From: an uncultured virus (IMG/VR IMGVR_UViG_3300044445_000196)
Lineage: Duplodnaviria; Heunggongvirae; Uroviricota; Caudoviricetes
Direction: 5' to 3' (one strand)
Virus record (IMG/VR): IMGVR_UViG_3300044445_000196
Length of the DNA stretch: 64,000 nucleotides
This document shows, piece by piece, positions 58,463 through 64,000 of the stretch. Position 1 is the first letter of the stretch, and the number at the start of each line of letters is the position of its first letter. A model generated the notes under the pieces. It did no database searches and had not been told where the DNA came from. It saw nothing but the letters and a program-made list of their open reading frames with translations. Both the position numbers and the translations under genes were made by a program.

Positions 58463-59320
58463 TCACATCTTCGCGAGCGACTCCTGCACCATCCGCTGCC
58501 CGACGAGACGGTCGTGTGCGGCCTTCCGGACCGGCTCGTTCTCGCTGGTCGCGAGAGCTTCGACGACGTCCTGCGGGGTGTCAGAGCGGAGCGCGAGTCG
58601 GTACAGCGCGTACGTCAGCTCGATGTCTTCGTCGTCGTCGTCGTCGAGCCGGCGGTCGCGCGCGGCGATGCCGCGGAGGTCCGTCTCGGTCAGCTGCGGG
58701 TTGTCGATGATGTGGTGCAGGCGGTCCTCGCGCTGCAGCTCGTCATCGAGGACGGCGCGGCTCAGGTTCGGGTGCTTCCCGGAGTGGGTGATGCGCTGGT
58801 CCCACGCGCGGTCGACCAGGTCGGTGGGGCTATGCGGGTTGCCGACGACGCCGGTGAGCACGAGCCGGGATTCGGTGTACTCGGGGTGCGCATCGAGCGC
58901 GGCGTAGAACGTGTCGGGGTGGACGTTCGGGTGTTGCAGCGCGGCGATCCGGGTCTCCCAGTCGTACGCGCGGTCGGTGGTGATGGCGAGCTCGTGAAGA
59001 ACCGGCGGCGGGGTGTGAGGGTTCAGTGCCACCTCGTGTGCGGGCCCGTGGACGCGGTCTTCGGCGTGGATGGCGAGCAGCGCACGGTCGGTGGTGGTGC
59101 GGGCGCTATCAGAGCGCGCGGCGAGGCTCTCCCCGAGCGCCCAATGGGCGGCGCGGGCGTCGGGGTCGGTGACGAGGTCGAGGTACTGGCCGCGCATCAC
59201 CCGGTTGTGCGTGGCGATGTCGCGCTCAGGCGCAGCGAGGGTGACCTCGGGAGCGCTGACGGTCTTGGTGGTGAAAGTGCCGTCGGTGGCGCGGGGGTGC
59301 TCGCGGTCGTTGAAGCTCAT
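58463..59320 (-). CDS. Tagged protein with LRV-like helical repeats
   Basis: HPRATDGTFTTKTVSAPE; NPHTP/HPNVH/NPHSP/NPQL repeats. Confidence 0.85.
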   Translation of the reverse strand: MSFNDREHPRATDGTFTTKTVSAPEVTLAAPERDIATHNRVMRGQYLDLVTDPDARAAHWALGESLAARSDSARTTTDRALLAIHAEDRVHGPAHEVALNPHTPPPVLHELAITTDRAYDWETRIAALQHPNVHPDTFYAALDAHPEYTESRLVLTGVVGNPHSPTDLVDRAWDQRITHSGKHPNLSRAVLDDELQREDRLHHIIDNPQLTETDLRGIAARDRRLDDDDDEDIELTYALYRLALRSDTPQDVVEALATSENEPVRKAAHDRLVGQRMVQESLAKM

Positions 59321-59349
59321 GTGGTTCTCCGTGTTCGAGATGGCGGGCG

Positions 59350-59646
59350 TCAGGCGGCTTCGCGGGTGCTCCACCCGCACTTGGTGCAGGTGCCGCGGCG
59401 GATGGTGCCTTCACGGCGGCGGCCGGTGACGAGGGACTTCGTCAGACAGGGGTCCCGGTCTGCGTGGAGGGGGCAGAGCATTGGGGTGACGGTGCTGTCG
59501 CGATTGACCGCGCAGGCGCACCCCTTCTCCCGGACGAATGCGGGCGGTGCGGGCGCGACGTCCAGGCTCAGCTCGGGGGCGCTGTGCCGCTTGTCCGTGA
59601 AGGTGCCATTGCCAGCGCGGGGGTGCTCGCGGGTGTCGAAGGTCAT
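59350..59646 (-). CDS. Tagged small Cys-rich protein
   Basis: HPRAGNGTFTDKRHSAPE; CAC...CPLH...C...CTKC. Confidence 0.8.
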   Translation of the reverse strand: MTFDTREHPRAGNGTFTDKRHSAPELSLDVAPAPPAFVREKGCACAVNRDSTVTPMLCPLHADRDPCLTKSLVTGRRREGTIRRGTCTKCGWSTREAA

Positions 59647-59647
59647 C

Positions 59648-59998
59648 TCAGTCCTCCAGGGCGACGGTGATGGTGATGTCCCCGTCCTCGTCGGTGATGG
59701 TGAAGTCGGGGTCGGCGTCGAAGTCGGCGAAGGCGTTCGCAGTGTCGCGCTCGAAGATGACGGGGGTGGGCCCGCCGGTGGGGATGCCGCGGCCGTTGCG
59801 GTCGGCGTACCGGCTGAAGAGGAGCGCGTGCGCCTCGGGGTCGTAGTACAGGTGCGCTGTGCGCGCTCCGATGGGGGCGTCCTGGCGGATGCGGTCGGCA
59901 GCGTCGACGTGCAGGGGCGCTTCGGGGGCGCTCTGGGTCTTGTCGGTGAAGCGACCGGTGCGCTCGCGCGGGTGCGCGGTCTCGACGAAACCGCTCAT
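59648..59998 (-). CDS. Tagged small acidic protein
   Basis: HPRERTGRFTDKTQSAPE. Confidence 0.85.
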   Translation of the reverse strand: MSGFVETAHPRERTGRFTDKTQSAPEAPLHVDAADRIRQDAPIGARTAHLYYDPEAHALLFSRYADRNGRGIPTGGPTPVIFERDTANAFADFDADPDFTITDEDGDITITVALED

Positions 59999-60228
59999 GA
60001 GTCGAAGTCTTCGAGGTCGAGGAGCTCGGCCTCGTAGCCGCCCATGTACTCGTCGATGTGCGCTCCGGGGTTGGCGGCGCGGCCCTGGCGGGCGTCGGCG
60101 ACGCCGCGCTCGTGGGCGTCCTCTTCCGTCTCGGCGGACAGGTCGAGCTCGGGGGCTGTGTGCTGCTGCGCGCCGAAGCGGCCGCTGGCGTGGCGGGCGG
60201 CTTCTCGGGCGGTGTCGACGGTGGTCAT
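59995..60228 (-). CDS. Tagged small acidic protein
   Basis: EAARHASGRFGAQQHTAPE; class B variant CCTCGTACAT 60236-60245. Confidence 0.85.
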   Translation of the reverse strand: MTTVDTAREAARHASGRFGAQQHTAPELDLSAETEEDAHERGVADARQGRAANPGAHIDEYMGGYEAELLDLEDFDS

Positions 60229-60252
60229 GGCCACCATGTACGAGGCGCGCGC

Positions 60253-60606
60253 TCAGGCCTGGTCGGCGCGGACGATGTCGAGGATCTGTTGGAGCGCGGC
60301 GTCGGAGAGGTTGGCGAAGCGGTAGTTGCTGTGGCCGTAGGCGACGCCGTGCGCGCTCAGCTCCTGGACCATCTCCGAGCGACGGGCCTCGGCCGCCTGC
60401 TCATCCTCGGTGCGGATGAACATGGCCGGGCCCGCGGTGTCTGCCCGGCGCTTCTCGACACCCGTGGTCTTGTCGAAGGAGATCTCGCGGCCGAAGTACA
60501 TGACGCCGACGTTGACGCGTCCGACCCGAGTGATGGTGGCCTTCCGGGTGCGCCCGTCGTGGTTCAGGATGACTTCCTGGTCGAGGGTGAATCGTTCGCT
60601 GGACAT
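60253..60606 (-). CDS. Hypothetical protein
   Basis: GGAG RBS; class A motif 60647-60656. Confidence 0.65.
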   Translation of the reverse strand: MSSERFTLDQEVILNHDGRTRKATITRVGRVNVGVMYFGREISFDKTTGVEKRRADTAGPAMFIRTEDEQAAEARRSEMVQELSAHGVAYGHSNYRFANLSDAALQQILDIVRADQA

Positions 60607-60690
60607 CTGGTGCGCTCCGTTCAGGTAGTGGACGACTGCACCCCGTCCATGCGCGGGCGCCGCGGCCACCCGTGACACGAGCAGCAGTGG

Positions 60691-60888
60691 TCAGACGGCC
60701 CCCGACGCGGCGCGGACGGCGTCGGTGACGCGCCAGCTGTACACGTCGGGATAGAGGCGGACCTCCATGGGGAGCTGTTCGATGGCCTCGCGGATGACGT
60801 CGTCGAGTGGTTCGCGGGGGCGGTCGTCGGGGCGTCCGAGGGGGTAGCCGTTGGCGACGGTGGCTTCTTTGGCGTTGTCCTCGCTCAT
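60691..60888 (-). CDS. Small hypothetical protein
   Basis: ATGA-coupled. Confidence 0.5.
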   Translation of the reverse strand: MSEDNAKEATVANGYPLGRPDDRPREPLDDVIREAIEQLPMEVRLYPDVYSWRVTDAVRAASGAV

Positions 60889-61319
60889 GCGGCCACGGGG
60901 TACAGCTGGTCGGGTCCTGCCCACACTTCACGGTCCTCGTTGCACGGCCCGTCGTGCTCGCAGGCGAGGATGCACCAGTCGTCGTCCGGGCAGCTGAACG
61001 CGGCGGCATCCCCCTGGTCGGCGACCTCGTAGCGACCGTCGGCGCGCAGCCGCAGCATCCCTCCGAAGGTGGGGTCCCAGAAGATCTGGCTTGCGCGCAG
61101 CAGAAGACGGCGGGCGGCGCGGATGTCGGCGGTGGTCCACTCGGGATCCGGGTCGCGGCGGGGATTCGTTGCCGCGTCGGTGTTCCAGTGTTCCGCGAGG
61201 GCGTACGCCCCGAACGCGTCAGGGACCGTGAGCTGGTCTCCGGCGATGCGGAGACCGTTCAGGGCGAGGTTTGCGGGGACGGCGGGGTTACCCCGCTCGC
61301 TGTTGCTGCGGAACGGCAC
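60885..61319 (-). CDS. Hypothetical protein
   Basis: AAAGGA RBS; class A motif 61362-61371; Cys/His C-terminus. Confidence 0.65.
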   Translation of the reverse strand: MPFRSNSERGNPAVPANLALNGLRIAGDQLTVPDAFGAYALAEHWNTDAATNPRRDPDPEWTTADIRAARRLLLRASQIFWDPTFGGMLRLRADGRYEVADQGDAAAFSCPDDDWCILACEHDGPCNEDREVWAGPDQLYPVAA

Positions 61320-61395
61320 GAGTCGGTCCTTTCAGAGCCGCGGCGTGCGGCGTCCTGTGTCCCATGCGCGGTCCCACGTCGGGCACGTGCCCGGC

Positions 61396-61860
61396 TCAGT
61401 CGCGCAGGTGCGTGAGCGCGTGCTGAGCCCAGGCGTCTGTCCGGGCACGCCAGTGCTCGACGTCCGTTTCGTCGCGGGGTGCGCCGATGGCGTCGGCGAG
61501 GTCGGTGCGGATGTCGGGGGTGCAGGCGTCGTCGTCGCCGTCGTGGAAGGTGGATTCGATCTGCGCGGCCCACTGTTCGGCAGTGTCGCCGTGCTCGATT
61601 CGTGCTTCACGGAACGCTTCGAGGATGGGGTTGTCCTCGGGCGAGCGAGGAGTGAGGTCGTCGATGTCGCGCAGGTGCCAGGGGACGCCGGTGACGAGGG
61701 GCTGCGACGGAAGCGCGGGGCGCTCGGGCGCGGTGGCGCGCGGGTGGGCGGGGACGGCGGTGATGGCGACCTCGGGGGCGGAGGTCGCCTTGACGCTGAA
61801 CCGTCCGCTGCTCTCGCGCGGGTGGTCGGTGGGTGCCCAGGCGGTGATGGTGTCGGTCAT
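61396..61860 (-). CDS. Tagged hypothetical protein
   Basis: HPRESSGRFSVKATSAPE; class B variant CCGAGTACAT 61868-61877. Confidence 0.85.
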   Translation of the reverse strand: MTDTITAWAPTDHPRESSGRFSVKATSAPEVAITAVPAHPRATAPERPALPSQPLVTGVPWHLRDIDDLTPRSPEDNPILEAFREARIEHGDTAEQWAAQIESTFHDGDDDACTPDIRTDLADAIGAPRDETDVEHWRARTDAWAQHALTHLRD

Positions 61861-61865
61861 GCCGG

Positions 61866-62819
61866 TCATGTACTCGGCAGCTCGTCGAGGTACGCGACCG
61901 CGTCCAGGCCCGCGACTGCTCCGCTGCCGGCGGCGGTGATGGCCTGCCGGTAGATGGGGTCGATGACGTCGCCGGCGGCGAAGAACCCGGCGGTGGGGTA
62001 CGCGACGCCGGGGACCACGGAGGTGCGTCCGATGGTGCAGATGGTGCCGTGCTCGCTGAGGGCGACCTGCCCTTGGACGAGGTCGGTGCGGGGGTCGCTG
62101 CCGATGGCGATGAACAGTCCGGTCACCTCGAGCACCTCGTCGATGGTGGCGGTGTGCTCGATGAGGACGGAGCGGAGCGCTCCGTCGTGCTCGTCGAGGA
62201 TGGCGACGGTGCTGTCGAGGATGAGGGTGATGTTCGAGGTGGCGTGGACGCGGTCCTGCATGGCCTTGGATGCGCGAAGTCGGTCGCCGCGCGCGACGAT
62301 GTAGACGGTGTGGGCGTACTTGGCGAGGGCGAGGGCTTCCTCCATCGCGGAGTCTCCCCCGCCGACGACGGCGACGTACGCTCCGGCGAAGAAGGGCGCG
62401 TCGCAGGTGGCGCAGTAGCTGACTCCGCGGCCGGTGAGCGTTTCCTCGTTCGGGAGTCCGAGGGTGCGGTGCTGACTGCCGGTCGCGAAGATGACGGCGT
62501 CGAAGCCAATGGTGTCCCCTGCCGCGGTCGTGGCGGTCTTGCCTGCGACGTCGAGGCGGGTGATGTCGTCGAAGCGGATGTCGGCGCCGGCTTCGATGGC
62601 CTGCTCCTGCATTCGTTCGATGAGCTCGGGGCCCTGGATGCCGCCGGGGAAGCCCGGGAAGTTGTCGACGGATGTCGTTGTGGTCAGGTCGCCGCCGGGG
62701 CGTTCCATGCCGGTGTAGACGACGGCGGGGTGTCCGGCGCGCCCGGCGTAGATGGCGGCGGTGAGCGCTGCGGGTCCGGCGCCGATGATGAGCAGGGGGA
62801 TGTGCGACGAGGAAGGCAT
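61866..62819 (-). CDS. trxB: Thioredoxin reductase
   Basis: IIGAGPA, GVSYCATCD, VGGGDSAMEEA, FAAGDV. Confidence 0.95.
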   Translation of the reverse strand: MPSSSHIPLLIIGAGPAALTAAIYAGRAGHPAVVYTGMERPGGDLTTTTSVDNFPGFPGGIQGPELIERMQEQAIEAGADIRFDDITRLDVAGKTATTAAGDTIGFDAVIFATGSQHRTLGLPNEETLTGRGVSYCATCDAPFFAGAYVAVVGGGDSAMEEALALAKYAHTVYIVARGDRLRASKAMQDRVHATSNITLILDSTVAILDEHDGALRSVLIEHTATIDEVLEVTGLFIAIGSDPRTDLVQGQVALSEHGTICTIGRTSVVPGVAYPTAGFFAAGDVIDPIYRQAITAAGSGAVAGLDAVAYLDELPST

Positions 62820-62825
62820 GCCGCC

Positions 62826-63263
62826 CTATGCGCGCCCCTCCTGCTGAGTTCGCAACTGCGCGAACTTCTCAGCGCGCTCGGCTCGTGAGCTCTGCAGGCG
62901 GGTGATGCTCTGGACGAGGGCGGCGTACCAGCCGTCGAAGGGGATGAAGTGATGACCGTCGGCCGCGTATTGGCGCGCCCAGCGCGCCTCGTCGAGGTCG
63001 GCGACGCCGAGGGCGATGAAGTGCTCGAGAGCGCCGAGCAAGCCGTGGACGCTCCACTGGTTGTGCAGCTGCAGACCGACCGTGCCGTCCGCGTAGGTAT
63101 GGGGAGTGGCGCGTCGAAGGGCGCCTTCGACGCAGCTGAGGCAGGTCGCACCAACGTAGGAGCGCCCGGCGCGTCTGAAGGTGCCGCCGCCGGTACGCGC
63201 AACCGGGTAGGTGTGCTCGCGGCGGAGCCTGCAGTACCGGCAAGTGCTTCTGGTCGGCGTCAT
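62826..63263 (-). CDS. Zn-finger hypothetical protein
   Basis: CRYC...CLSC; class A motif 63271-63280. Confidence 0.65.
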   Translation of the reverse strand: MTPTRSTCRYCRLRREHTYPVARTGGGTFRRAGRSYVGATCLSCVEGALRRATPHTYADGTVGLQLHNQWSVHGLLGALEHFIALGVADLDEARWARQYAADGHHFIPFDGWYAALVQSITRLQSSRAERAEKFAQLRTQQEGRA

Positions 63264-63297
63264 GCATGCCCCATGCGCGGCAATGGCAGCCGTCCCG

Positions 63298-64000
63298 TCA
63301 CAGGACGAACCCGTTGCGTTCCAGGTCGGAGCTCGGCCGGGAGCCGGGGGTGACGAAGGAGACAGCCTCGGCTTCGGCGGCGCGGGCGCCGTTCATCTTC
63401 ATGGTGCGGGTGCCGTGCACGGGGTATCCAGCGCGGGCGAGGTTGCCGGCGGTGTCGAAGACGATGACGTCGAACGTTCGCGCGAGCTCGCGAGCCCGGA
63501 CCCAGTAGGCGTCGTAGTCGAACCCGCCGTTCTTGTCGTTGTACGGGGTCTTCGTACCCTCGTAGGGCGGGTCGAGGATGACGAGGGGGTTCTCCCCCGC
63601 AGCGGCGATCTGCTCGTCGGTGATGTCGGCGTAGCTGGCGTTCACGACGGTGGGGGCGAGTTCCTGCCAGCGTGTGAGTGCGCGCTCGTACTCGGGGCGG
63701 AGGGCCATCGCTTCATGCCGGGGGCTGGTGCCGCGTTTGCCGGGTCCGCCGCCCTTGTGGGTGGCGTTGAATCCGCGGTCGGAGTAGCGGAACAGGCCGC
63801 TGAACGCCATCGCGCTCAGGCCGTATGCGTGGCGCCACCAGTCGTGGCGGACGCGGACGGCGTAGTAGTCGTCGCGGGTGAACACATCGGGGACGACCAG
63901 CTCGTCGTAGCGCCCGATGATACGGGCGAGCATCGGGTCCAGTTCGACGAGGAGTGCCGTGTCGGCGTAGTTCATGGCGATGGAGCCGGTACCGGCGAAC
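63298..64000 (-). CDS. Dam-like (D12 class) adenine methyltransferase, 5' end beyond window
   Basis: FAGTGSI at window edge, GLFRYS..GFN, LDPPY. Confidence 0.85.
   Translation of the reverse strand, partial: FAGTGSIAMNYADTALLVELDPMLARIIGRYDELVVPDVFTRDDYYAVRVRHDWWRHAYGLSAMAFSGLFRYSDRGFNATHKGGGPGKRGTSPRHEAMALRPEYERALTRWQELAPTVVNASYADITDEQIAAAGENPLVILDPPYEGTKTPYNDKNGGFDYDAYWVRARELARTFDVIVFDTAGNLARAGYPVHGTRTMKMNGARAAEAEAVSFVTPGSRPSSDLERNGFVL

Larger units (their letters stand above)
1..64000. mobile_element. Segment of a large actinobacterial mobile replicon (megaplasmid / phage-plasmid / jumbo phage)
   Basis: Own DnaE, primase-helicase, SSB, ligase, sigma-like genes, orphan MTases, ArdC-like and T4SS-like genes among many small hypotheticals; no housekeeping operons. 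Confidence 0.85.

Noticed and set aside
1..61860. Tag as a DNA-level repeat, integron-like cassette site or DGR target
   Set aside because: Synonymous variation and in-frame N-terminal position indicate protein-level selection; no integrase or reverse transcriptase in the window. Recombination between tags is not formally excluded.
1..64000. Host chromosome or classical prophage
   Set aside because: No housekeeping operons, rRNA or tRNA, and no terminase, capsid, tail or integrase recognised; phage identity cannot be excluded from this window alone.

Overview
High-GC, actinobacterial-type DNA that reads as part of a large autonomous mobile element (conjugative megaplasmid, phage-plasmid or jumbo phage), not a chromosome. 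It carries its own replication kit (DnaE, Toprim primase-helicase, SSB, NAD ligase, RecB-like nuclease, oligoribonuclease, mIHF-like, ParA/MinD-like), a candidate iteron/palindrome origin at ~7.7-8.0 kb, T4SS-like membrane genes, three orphan DNA methyltransferases, an ArdC-like protein, a J-kinase/vWA/PurA-like/NUDIX cluster, TrxB and two or three divergent sigma-like proteins. Main discovery: 19 otherwise unrelated minus-strand ORFs share an N-terminal tag, R-x3-G-x-F-x5-[ST]-x-P-E-x-x-[LIV]. Twelve have the DNA motif CCGCGYACAT (two one-mismatch variants) exactly 7 nt before the ATG; the other seven lie downstream in the same apparent operons. Core and replication genes instead use a second motif, CGCATRG. 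This points to an element-encoded two-promoter programme coupled to a protein-addressing tag. All annotations are from motif recognition by eye; no searches were run. No tRNA, rRNA, CRISPR or recognisable virion structural genes were seen.
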